From Macrostomum lignano (Eukaryota), in assembly GCA_002269645.1 (NCBI GenBank), contig NIVC01000634.1, forward strand, positions 1 through 64,000: a DNA stretch of 64,000 bases, in the 5' to 3' direction. Of this stretch, positions 12,779-51,779 are shown piece by piece. Below the pieces are notes generated by a model that worked only from the letters and a program-made list of their open reading frames with translations, was not told the origin of the DNA and made no database searches. The translations under genes and the position numbers were made by a program. How positions within the stretch are numbered: the stretch's first letter is position 1; each line of letters begins with the position of its first letter.

Positions 12779-13551
12779 GTAAGTGATAATTTTGTTTAAT
12801 TAAGCTCTTGTTTTGTGTTTCCATTTGTCCAATGTGTGTCCCCTGTCCGACTTAGAGTTCGCTATTTCCAAGTTCATTGCAGCCAAACGACTTAATTTAA
12901 TTTTAAGTCGAATGATTTAATTTCAACATGGCTCAAAACTAGAGGCCAAATGCCAAATGGCACCATATTTAAAAAAATAAAAAATCTTTTGATAAGCTCG
13001 TGCTACACCTCCGTCTCAGTGGTTTTTACTCTGTTTCTGAATTGCGATTTTGCGTTAGAATAAAGCGCCGATCACTATAACTAGCTTAGAAGTGTCTTTT
13101 ACATTCTAATTCTAATGCACTTAGCTATCTCCAAGATAGAAATCATCTTAGCTCAACTTACGAAGTGGCTCCCAGTCGCAGCGCATAGACGATTGGCTTG
13201 GTGTTGGGAATTCAATAATAAATATAAAACAGCGGCCGAGCCTTGGCGAGAGAGAATCTGCACTCTGCCTTGCTCATCCCCACTGGGACTTGCCAGCCAT
13301 AGACATCTCTTTGTACAGTTGGCTCGAAAGGCAACTCGGGCCCATTCCGCTGCTCAGCCCAGAGGGGAAGGCTTTTTCGGCTTACGGCTTTGCATTAGAG
13401 CCGCTCGCATTTTGACCTTAACAAAAGACAACCCGAGGCCCAAGGTGCAGTTAGAGGCAACGAGAAGCGTCCACGAGCCACATCTAGCTAAGCTTGCGTC
13501 GGATTTGGTCAACCACAGCTGCAGCACCTATATACCTAAGCAGACTGAACT

Positions 13552-15055
13552 ATGCGCGAGATTGTGCACATGCAGGCTGGCCAGTGTGGCAATCAAATTG
13601 GAGCAAAGGTAAGCCTTATTTATTCTCCATTATTTTAACACCATGGTCGCGTTTTAGTGAGATCGGACTCCCAATTTCCCTTACTGTGTCCTCCTTGGTC
13701 TTTTTAGTTTTGGGAGGTGATCTCAGATGAGCATGGCATCGACCCCACTGGCACCTACCATGGCGATTCGGACCTGCAACTCGAGCGAATATCGGTTTAT
13801 TACAACGAAGCTACCGGCGGCAAATACGTGCCGAGAGCTGTGCTCATCGACCTGGAGCCCGGCACCATGGAGAGCGTTCGGGCCAGCTCCTTTGGCATGC
13901 TGTTCCAGCCCGACAATCTGGTCTTTGGCAAGAGCGGCGCCGGCAACAACTGGGCCAAGGGCTACTACACAGAGGGCGCCGAGATCATCGACAAAGTCAT
14001 GGATGTTATCCGCAAAGAGTGCGAAGGCTGCGACTGCCTGCAGGGCTTCCAGCTGACCCACTCGCTTGGCGGCGGCACCGGCAGCGGCATGGGATCTCTG
14101 CTGCTGAGCAAAATTCGCGAGGAATATCCAGACAGAATAATCACCTCCTTCTCTGTGGTTCCTTCGCCAAAGGTAAGCTGAGCTGTTTTTTCTAAACCAA
14201 GTTTGTGCTTTGCCTCTAACCACGCCACCGAATCTATTCCAGGTGTCGGACACGGTGGTTGAGCCCTACAACTGCATGCTGTCTCTGCACCAGCTGGTTG
14301 AGAACACCGACGAAACCTTCTGCATCGACAACGAGGCCCTGTATTACATCAGCTTCCACACCTTGAAGCTGGCCACCCCCAGCTACAGCGATCTGAACCA
14401 TCTGGTCAGCGCGGCCATGTCCGGCGTCACCACCTGTGTCCGCTTTCCCGGCCAGCTGAATGCTGACCTGCGCAAGCTGGCAGTGAACATGGTGCCGTTT
14501 CCTCGCCTGCACTTCTTCATGCCCGGCTTCGCCCCGCTGACCGCTCGCGGCAGCAGTTCCTACAGGCAGGTGAATGTCTCCGAGCTCACCCTGCAGATGT
14601 TCGACGCCAAGAACATGATGGCCGCCTGCGACCCCAAGCACGGCCGCTACCTCACTGTGGCTGCCATCTTCCGCGGCCGAATGTCCACCAAAGAGGTCGA
14701 CGAGCAGATGCTCAACCTGCAGAACAAGAACAGCTCGTACTTTGTTGAATGGATACCCAACAATGTGAAGACCGCAGTGTGCGACATCCCGCCCAGAGGA
14801 CTCAAGATGTCGGTGACCTTCATCGGCAACTCCACCTCAATCCAGGAGCTGTTCAAGCGAGTCTCCGAGCAGTTCAGCGCCATGTTTAAGCGGAAAGCAT
14901 TCTTGCACTGGTACACCAACGAAGGCATGGACGATCACGAGTTCATGGAGGCCGAGTCCAACGTCAACGATCTGGTGTCCGAGCTGCAGCAGTACCAGGA
15001 CGCCACCGCCGACGACGAGGGCGAGTACGAAGAAGAAGAAGAGGAGTTGGAATGA
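13552..15055 (+). CDS. tubb: Beta-tubulin, divergent isotype, 444 aa, nested in a domino intron
   Basis: Exons 13552-13608, 13708-14172, 14243-15055 (1335 nt). Contains the MREI start, GGGTGSG signature, NNWAKG, CDIPPRG and an acidic C-terminal tail [12 protein letters not shown]. Confidence 0.98.
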
Positions 15056-16021
15056 CACTGACGGCCACCGAGCCCCCCTGCCCCCTACTGCAGTCCCCTG
15101 TGCCTCGCTGCACTTTTTTTTGCGTTCTCCTACTCGTAACCTCTTTACCAAAGCGCATTGCTGGCCTGGATCAGTGCCCAACGGCCAAGCAGTCTTCACA
15201 CCGACAATCGGAGATACCGCACTGCCCGAACCTCCCCCACCTCTGATGCGCAGCATATCGCTTCAATCTGTCCCTCTCGCATTGTTTATCGCGTCACAAT
15301 GTCCTGGCAACCACAATTCCCTATTTAGTGTCATTGCGCTATTTATTTACCTTGGCATAACCCGTACAGTTACCTGCTTGTACGGACGGATTTTGTAGGG
15401 CTCAAATTGGTTTTAAACACGCAAAACACACGTCACATTTCTGTACACCAGCGCAGCCGACAGCGAGCGGTTGAACACAGGTGGACAACTGCACTCGGCA
15501 TCCACTTAGCATTTTAGTTTACCTTGACTCATTATTTATTACTGTTGTACAGTCGTACTCGAATACATATAACGCTTGATTTTAGTGTCAGCTATGCACT
15601 GCATATTTCTGTCTTTGACTTCTGTTTTGTCTTTATCGATGCAACGGGAAAAACAGCATGAAAAATTCTCACAAACCCGGGTCTGCTAAATCAGCTAGAA
15701 AAGAATATGTTAAAGCTCATCACGAATGATAAAGCTTGGAAAAATTGCTGCTCCCAGCTTCTTCCTCTTCGGCGAGAATTTTTCAAACAGTTACGCTTGA
15801 TCTCCAGTTGTGCTGGTTGCAAAGAAAACGCGGTTTTTTCATTCCTCTTCCACCGTTGCAGTTTCGCAAGAGTTAGTGGTTATTTCTTTTCTTGTGAACT
15901 GCTCCATCTGGTGTCTGTTTTACTCCCAGGCTCCTCAGATGCGGCTTGTGCATGTGGGGGGGGGGCTCACCCGCGATTCTTACTCTGTTTATTCCGCCCA
16001 TTGCTAACCGTCTCCGAGCAG

Positions 16022-18999
16022 ATCTGGCACCCGCTCGAGCTGAAGGAGAATGACCACTACGTGGACCCCGTCGCCAGCCAGCTGTACTGCTTGGACCAGC
16101 CGTTGCGGGACGATGAAATGCCCCCGCTGTGGCGCCGCGCGAGCGAAGCGGGACGGCCGCTGGCGGCGGCTTCCGACTGCAGGAGCCACCGCCCGGTTGG
16201 CGACGGCGCGGCGGCGTGACCAAAGCCTCTGTGCGCGGCGCTGGCGGGAGTCGGTCCGCTCGAGCCGCCGCTGCTGCTGCCGCCGCAGCCAGCGGATCAG
16301 GCGGCGTCCTGCAACCGCTGCGCCTGAAAGACGAACTTCCGCCAACCCTGGCAGCCGCCGCGGAATCCGCCGGCTCCAGCAGTCACTACAGGCACCCTAG
16401 CGGCAAACTGCAGATTCCCAAATCTCTGTTCCACCGGGATAGCCTGTCCCTGTCCTACGCCAAGCCGAAGCGGCCGCTGGTGCAGCGCCCAGGCGTTGGC
16501 GGCGTTGTCGGCCCAGGCGGCGTTGGTGGCCTGGGCGTCGGTCCGGGGCATCAGCAGATGCTGGCCAGGCCCGGGTACAGCAACTATGACAACCCGAGCG
16601 GCACCGACTTCGATCTGCAGCCAAAGTGGAGCGCTCACGAGCAGCTGGGCATCATCCAGAGCATCGAGCGCTTCCAGGAGATGTACCTGGAGACGGCCCT
16701 GTCCTATGAGCCGCGGTTCACCACCCAGATTCCAAACTGGGATTTGGCCGAGTACTACGTCAACAATTTCGTTCGATCCCGCTGCTACCGCGGCAAGTTT
16801 CACATTCACGCCCACATCGACCAACTGGCCAGCAAGGTCATGGACGATGGCACGGCGGCTGCCGCAGCTGCCGCCGCCGCTTCCGGATCGGGCAACGATG
16901 CCGCCTCATCGCAGCAGCTCCCAGCCTCTGCCGACGGTTCAACCAGCTCTTCTTCCACAGCTGCCGGAGGCGCGCAGGCCGCGGCGGCCGCTGCTGTGGC
17001 CGCAGCAAAGAAGGCCGCCCGCTGCCGCCTGAAGCGGGGAATCCTGCGGTCCCGGCTGAGCGCAGGCGAATCGGCGACCCAGCTGAACTACTCAGTGGAC
17101 GCCAAGGGCCAGGCCATGCGTAGCCTCCTACGCTGCGGCCTGAGCACCGGCTCCGGTGGCGGCGGCGGCGGTCACAGCCGCAAAGGCGGCCCCGCCATCG
17201 GACTGAACCGGCCGCGACCGACTTCCACGGGCTCCTCCGCCTCATCCGGCGTGACGCTATTCAAGAACACCCAGCACCTGCAGCTGCTGCAGGAAGAGGG
17301 CATCAAGCTGGACACCATCGTGAGTCCCGCGCACATCATCCGCCTGGCTGAGGAGCGGCGCAAAACCCAGCCGGTCTCTACTGCCATCACCGCTGACGTT
17401 GGCGAGCAACAGCAGCAGCAGCCACAGCAGCAGCAGCAGCAGCAGCATTCTCTGCATCAACAGCAGCTGCAGAAACTGCGAATGTCCAATCAGGGCGGCC
17501 TGACGTCAATCGGGCCGGGAGGCTCGCAGTCGCATGTGAGTTGGGGATCATTATAAGAGTGCAGATAATCACGCCAGCTCTTAGGCTGCTAAACAATCTA
17601 TAGTTAAAGCATTGGGGGTTTATTTAGCTGGCATTTGCCTCCAGCTGCAGGTGTCCACCTCGGCCGGGGCGGCCGCCAAGTCCAGCATCCTGGTGCCCGG
17701 CACCGCCAGCTCCGTCCTCGGCTTCCAGCGCAGCGGCGGCGGGCCTTTCCGGGCCGCTAGTGCGGCCGCTGCTGCCGCCGCTGCAGCAGCCTCAACGACA
17801 TCCGGCGGGAAGCCGCCGACGGCTCCGGCCAGGATTCTCACCTCTGGCTTCGGCGGCCCCTCGAGCTCGTCCAGCAGCGGCGCCAGCAGCGGCAGCACGC
17901 TGCTCCGCCCGCCACCGCAGCCAATGCCGCTGCCGCAGTCCCAGGCAACTCTGCCCGTGTCGCTGCAGGCGCCTCAGCAGCCGATTTCAATCACTTCAAC
18001 GCAGCACCAGCCTGCTGGCCTGGCCGCGGCCACCGGCATCGGCCTTGGCGGGCTGCGGCGTCCCGGCGGCGCCTACGCATTTCCAGCCTCGGCTGGCGGA
18101 GTCGGCCGGCTGAACCCGAACCAGCCTGCCGCCTTCGTGCGCACCCTGGGTGAGTTCAGGGGACCGTCGGGATTTTAAATTGCTGCATCTTAGCTGTGGG
18201 CTGTCGGTAGCTCCAACCCGTTGAAAAACTAAAAAGTGGTTGCTAACAACTCTCAAGTGACTCAAGCGACTCTGTTGTGACTCTGGTGACTTTTTAACGA
18301 CTCAAACGCGTCTAGTGCGACGGAGAGGCGGCTGTTGCGTCACAAGCGCATCACGTGAATTTTAGGATCGTAAAAGAGTCCTCAGTGACTCAACAGCTAC
18401 TCCAGCACGCCTCAGATACGACGTTTTACCGTCGCGTCAGAGTCACTTGCGTCGCCCCATTGTCTTTCATTATCATGTCACAATCGACCCCATCCCGCTC
18501 CCGGCCAGGTCCGCGGTCCAGCATTCTCGGAGCTGCCGGCGGAGCGACCTCGGTCCCGACCACCCTGGTCACCACCTTGCCGCGGGCCCGCCTGCAGGGC
18601 CCTTCGGCAGCCGCCGCCGCAGGGTCAGCGCAGCAGCAGCCGTCGGGTTCCGCCGGTGTCGCTCCCGCCAGCCTGTACAGCGGCGGCGGTGGCGGCGGCG
18701 GCCGTCACGTGATCCTGCAGGGCACCACCACCGTCACGGTTCGCCAGATTCCCGATTTGAGGTCGGCCGACTCGGCCAGCCAGCAGCCAATCATCATCTC
18801 GGCCGCCAAGCCGACCCCGGCCGCCAGCATCAGCCTCATCCCGCCCGGTTCCGCCGCCGCTCACGCCGCCGCTGCCGCCGCCTCAGCCGCCTCCTCAGCC
18901 GCCAGCGTCTATCCGTCATTCACTGTCTCGGCCAGCGCGCATTCCTCGGTGGCGACTCTGCCGCCAGTGGATTTGGACAGCATTGACGATGGCAACTAG
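16022..18999 (+). CDS. dom: Alternative 3' exons of domino encoding a p400/DOM-A-like C-terminus (SANT domain plus Q/A-rich tail); long isoform ~2410 aa
   Basis: Exons 16022-17535, 17651 (or 17645)-18149 and 18509-18999. IWHP..DHYVDP..LY...PPLW resembles the EP400 LWTPP..DIYLD block. PKWSAHEQLGIIQSIERF...PNWDLAEYYVN...YRG resembles the EP400 SANT domain (W...ED..LLQ...PNWDLVSDVVN...YRS). One base is needed at 16130-16132 to keep the frame. Confidence 0.85.
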
Positions 19000-19006
19000 C
19001 GAAAAG

Positions 19007-19170
19007 GAATGCCGTCCCTGTCTCTTCCCCTGACCTTCGATGGGATGCCGTCCCTGTCTCTTCCCCTGACCTTCGATGGGATGCCGTCCCTGTCTCTTCC
19101 CCTGACCTTCGATGGGATGCCGCCACCACCTCTCCCCTGACCTTCGATGGCATGCCGCCACCACCTCTCC
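19007..19170. repeat. 36-bp minisatellite, ~4.5 copies, in the domino long-isoform 3' UTR
   Basis: Unit gatgccgtccctgtctcttcccctgaccttcgatgg starts 8 nt after the stop codon. Confidence 0.9.
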
Positions 19171-19886
19171 TGCCGCACAGAGATTGGCTGGTTTCTAAAA
19201 CCCGGACCTTTGTACAAAATCAAAGCCAATCAATGAGTGGCATTGTGTATTTACAATGTGCTGGTGGGAGTTTTGTTCATATTTAATACAGCTTTGCATT
19301 GCGTTGTGTTCGTCTGTTGACGCGTTTTGTACTCACTTGGCTTCGACATTAATCCTAAGTTGCTGCGAGTATTTAAGGTAAATAACAAATTCATACTTAC
19401 TTCACTGCTCGCTGCATAAGTTTCACTTGCTGTTGTTGAATTTGGCACCCGCCTGTAATATTGACTGCGTCCAACATTTTCCATCGCTGTTCCTCTCGAA
19501 TGTTTGGCTCATTAGGCTCGAAATTGCTCTTTAATTGAATGTTATTCTTGCGTCTCCCTGTGCTTGTGTCCGTTGCTTATTGGAATGGTTAATCATTAAA
19601 TTGAATTGATTATGCTAATTAGCCTTTTGCGGCTGTTAATCTTATTTGCAGGCCAATAAATAGTGTGTTTAATTTTTTTAATCGGCAGCTCAATTAAAAT
19701 AGACTTGACTTTGTTTTGTTTTGCCTTTTGCCTGTGGCTGCTACCCATTTATTCTCCCTGCATCTCACGCTCTCATCCCGATACAGGGAACGAGAGAAGC
19801 AATTAATAACATTGTAAAAGCTCGATCCACAGCGGCTGCAAACTCAAATAAACAATTATTCGATAGCAGATACATCTCGACATGGT

Positions 19887-20220
19887 TGCCCTAGCAACCA
19901 TGGACTTCTCTAGCTTCCCAAACAATCAAATGCCCATCCAGCAACCAGGGCAAGCTTCCCTTAGCAAACAAACTCTTCTAGCTTCTCTAGCAACCAGATG
20001 CCCCTCTAGCTTCCCTAGCAACCAGATGTCCCTCTAGCTTCCCAAGCAAACAGATGCCCCTCTAGCTTCCCTAGCAACCAAATGTCCCTCTAGCTTCCCT
20101 AGCAACCAGATGCCCCTCTAGCTTCCCTAGTAACCAGGCTACCCTCTCTAGCTTCCCTAGCAACCAGATGCCCCTCTAGCTTCCCTAGTAACCAGGCGCC
20201 CCTCTCTAGCTTCCCTAGCA
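19887..20220. repeat. ~28-30-bp minisatellite
   Basis: Unit ctctagcttccctagcaaccagatgccc, about 10 degenerate copies. Confidence 0.9.
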
Positions 20221-21104
20221 CTATGTCACTATGATTCTCCTCGTAATTTATTCTCAAGTACAGAGTATAAGGTAGGTAAATTAAATTGTCTTACTCGACT
20301 CATAGGCTTTATGACTCTACTGTATCATTTTTAGTTGACTGTGTAATAAAAGCGTAACAGATTCATAAAACCAAATGAGTCGAGTTGCGCCATTTTTATG
20401 ATTTTTAGACAGGACATGTACGTAGAATACAAAATTAACACAGAATCCTAATTTTATAAACGAAAAGCTTTGTGAATATCAATAGAGCTATAGCAAAGAT
20501 ACAGCATATCAAAAGATGAACATTAGGTCTGCCTTCTATCGAAAGCAATAACCAGCCTCATAAACTTTTCCAAGAAACGGTAGTCTCCCGTCCTACTTGA
20601 GTAGTCCTTGGTCTTACCTACGGTGCGATGGCGTGGGCAAAGTTGAAGAACATGCGACAAACTTGGCCCCTCAATGCCTACATGTATGAAAAGTCAACGT
20701 GGGCGTGACAGAATTTTGGTGGCGCCTTCCAATCCTTTATCTCCCAGCCTCATCTTCCCCTCATCTTTGTTTCTTCTATTCTATATTCCTTTCTTTCCAG
20801 TTTCCCTGTCAAGCTGCGTTGCGCTGAAGATGCGAGCGAATTGAGTTTGTGTGACCGGGGGCGGGCCTACACAGCAGTGCCTGCTGACTCCGGTTGGGGA
20901 AGTTTCAAGTTGCCGTCACGGGTGACGGCGGCCGCGGCCCAATAGCACCGACGCCGGCCTTGGTTACCATGAAAACTATGGGAGCAAAACAATGCGGGAT
21001 TTTATATCCCAAAAGTTTTGTCTCAGGGAGGGAACTCTGCGCCTCTGTCGCTGAGTTGCTGTTTATAGCTTCTTGGTCTGCTTTTAAAAGAACAGCAATT
21101 TGCC

Positions 21105-43461
<22,357 letters not shown>

Positions 43462-43759
43462 ATTTGGCTGTTGGGCAACAAAGAAAAACTTTTAATGATA
43501 GAAGAAGTCTGGATTTAGCGATTGACAGCTCTGTTTTTAATGATGTAACCTTTTGTACTTCTAACACTAGTTGTCGAAAACCGAATTCTGCTTTAAAATG
43601 CATTGGCGAGTTAGGAATCTCCCATTCTTAGCTCTAAAATTAGCGATTGCTTCTCGTTCTGCCCTTCTGATGTTTATTTGGTCGGAGCTTGCCTTCACAA
43701 GATTGAACTTGGTTCTGGGAGAATGCTAAGTCTTCGTAGACGGTACGACAGTTGGAGTC

Positions 43760-44210
43760 ATAGGCAGCTTAGGTCATAGACAACTTGGGTCATAGACAGC
43801 TTGGGTCATAGACAGCTTGGGTCATAGACAACTTGGGTCATAGACAGCTTGGGTCATAGACAGCTTGGGTCATAGAAAGCTTGGGGCATAGACAGCTTGG
43901 GTCATAGAAAACTTGGGTCATGGACAGCTTGGGTCATAGACTGCGTGGGTCATAGACTGCTTGGGTCATAGACAGCTTGGGTTATAGACAGCTTGGGTCA
44001 TGGACAGCTTGGGTCATAGACTGCTTGGGTCATAGACAGCTTGGGTTATAGACAGATTGACTCATAGACAGTTGAGGTCATAGACAGCTTGAGTCATAGA
44101 CGGCTTGGGTCATAGACTGTTTGGGTCATGAAAAGCTTGGGGCATAGACAGCTTGGGTTATAGAAAACTTGGGTCATAGACAGTTTGGTTCGTAGAAAAT
44201 TGGGTCATTT
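43760..44210. repeat. 16-bp satellite array A
   Basis: Unit gggtcatagacagctt, about 27 copies. Confidence 0.92.
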
Positions 44211-45059
44211 ACATTGTACTGCTTCATAGACTGTTTGAAAAGAAAAATCAAAACTTACTATCTCGCTAACGCATTCCGAATCCAACTAGACCCTCAATTT
44301 CTTTCATAAATTGGTCCCATATTTTGCCCACCATTACACGTAGGAGCACCACGTTGAGGCGAACAAAAGTTCTAATGTTTTTTCTCCCCTCTTTTTGGCA
44401 GTTTCGTAGCCTTTTTCTTCTCTCCAGCATATTGATATTTTTCTATATTAGAAAGAATCTTCATATACTCTAAGTAGTTCGCAAGCGTTTTTTGAAAGCG
44501 ATTAGTAGGATTATCACCATGTTTGGAAGTACCAAAACAATTGCTTGATATTGACGCTACCAGCTTATTCTATAAAACTATCTACTGATGTATGCTACTT
44601 TCAGTAGGCCTAATTGTCTTCTAGAAAGCTAATACTCGTTTATCTGTCACTCGTATGCTTCTCTCTACTGTTTAAACAGCAATCAGTCTCGCTTCGTTAT
44701 TTAAAACTCTTTGCTGTGCTTTTCTGCTTCAGCTACTAGTAAGTAGCAATCAAAGAATATTTCTTAATTTTCCATCGAACTATTTAATTTTTTTAATTCT
44801 TGTTGCTACCCCAAAAATTTTATTATTTTTCTTGAGGAAATAAAAAACGCACGAAAGTTTTCAAATAAAGGTTTCAACCAGCAGCACAAATCCGGTCATT
44901 GATGATTGTTTTCATTTTAGAATTAGAAGCTTTTTGAATATTTCTGTACACTGAGTGAGTGAGTCTGAGTGGGAACTGGCCGAGACAACCCTCGTTGTTT
45001 CGTTTCGTGAATACGAAAAGTTTTCGGTTTGTGGCCGTTTGGTCATGTGGATGCTCGAG

Positions 45060-45585
45060 TCATAGACGTTTTGTGACATGGACAATTGCGGTCATAGTTT
45101 TGGACATAAACCATTTAGGTCATATATACGAGTAGCTTGGGTTAACGACAGTTCGTGGGTCATAGATAGTTTGGGGTCATAGACAGTTGAGTCATAGACA
45201 GTTGGGGTCATAGACAGTTGGGGTCATAGTTTTGGACAAAAAAACCGTTTAGGTCATATATAGCTTGGGTTAACGACAGTTCAGTGATAGCTAGAGTTAC
45301 AGACCATGTGGTCAAAGACAGTTTGTGGGTCATATACAGTTTGGGTCATAGACAGTTTGTGGGTCATAGACAGCTTGCGTCATAGACAGTTTGTGAGTCA
45401 TAGACAGTTTGAGTCAGTTTGTGGGTCATAGACAGTTGGGTCATAGGCAGTTTGTGGGTCATAGACGGTTGGGTCATAGACAGTTTGTGGGTCATAGACA
45501 GTTGGGTGATAGACAGTTTTTTGGGTCAGATAGTTTGGGGTAATAGATCGTTGGGTTATAGACAGCTTGGGGTCGTAGACAGTTA
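45060..45585. repeat. 15-18-bp satellite array B, same family and orientation as array A
   Basis: Unit gggtcatagacagtt(tgt). Confidence 0.88.
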
Positions 45586-46129
45586 ATGTTAGAGAAAATT
45601 CGTTTATTCGCAGCCAGACTTCACTCAACTCCTAAGATTATACTAGTTAGTTTGTTTAATCCAACTCAATATTTCTGTGTTCGAGCAGCAAATCTCGCAT
45701 GACCATTGCTCGGATGCTTACAGTTCTGCGACTAAAACTAGCAAAAAACAACATGGAAAGCAAATATTCAGCTGAATCGCCAAGCTCATCTACTGCTGAG
45801 TTCATCCACTCGTAAACTATAAAACTACTGCAAATAATAAATGAGCCACGAAAGCGCTAACAGAAAACTGCTGATAGCGTACGGAACTAAGGAGCGGGTG
45901 AATTTAGGAACTAAACAAATTTCGCATAGCAACACAACGTGGAACGATAAAAGTACGGCGACAACCCATGGGAGTTTGAATTTGTTGGAGATTTTTTTCC
46001 AAAAAGTAAAATAAAAAACGACTTTGTCTGTGCAAAGAACGGAGTGCAAAAATATCGGCCTTCAATCAAGTTTCCATTGATCTTGCTTTGCCTCGCCTCG
46101 GAATTTTCAAAACAAATCGCCGTCCTTGT

Positions 46130-46415
46130 ACTTTCGCCATTCTTGCACTTTAGCCGTCCTTGCACTTCAGCCATCCTTGCACTTTAGCCGTCCTTGCACT
46201 TCAGCCATCCTTGCACTTTATCCGTCCTTGCACTTTAGCCGTCCTTGCACTTCAGTCATCCTTGCACTTTCGCCGTCCTTGCACTTCAGTCATCCTTGCA
46301 CTTTAGCCATCCTTGCACTTCAGTCATCCTTGCACTTTCGCCGTCCTTGCACTTCAGCCGATCTTTTGTACTTTTCGCACTTTAGCCAATTCTCCTTGCA
46401 CTTTACTCGTACTTG
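46130..46415. repeat. 17-bp minisatellite in the ENT4-like 3' UTR
   Basis: Unit ccttgcactttagccgt, abutting the stop codon at 46424. Confidence 0.9.
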
Positions 46416-46423
46416 CACTAAAG

Positions 46424-51779
<5,356 letters not shown>

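Noticed and set aside
16129-16182. A small intron as the explanation for the Domino-A frame break
   Set aside because: It is 54 nt, a multiple of 3, so removing it leaves the frame unchanged and still reaches the stop at 16219.
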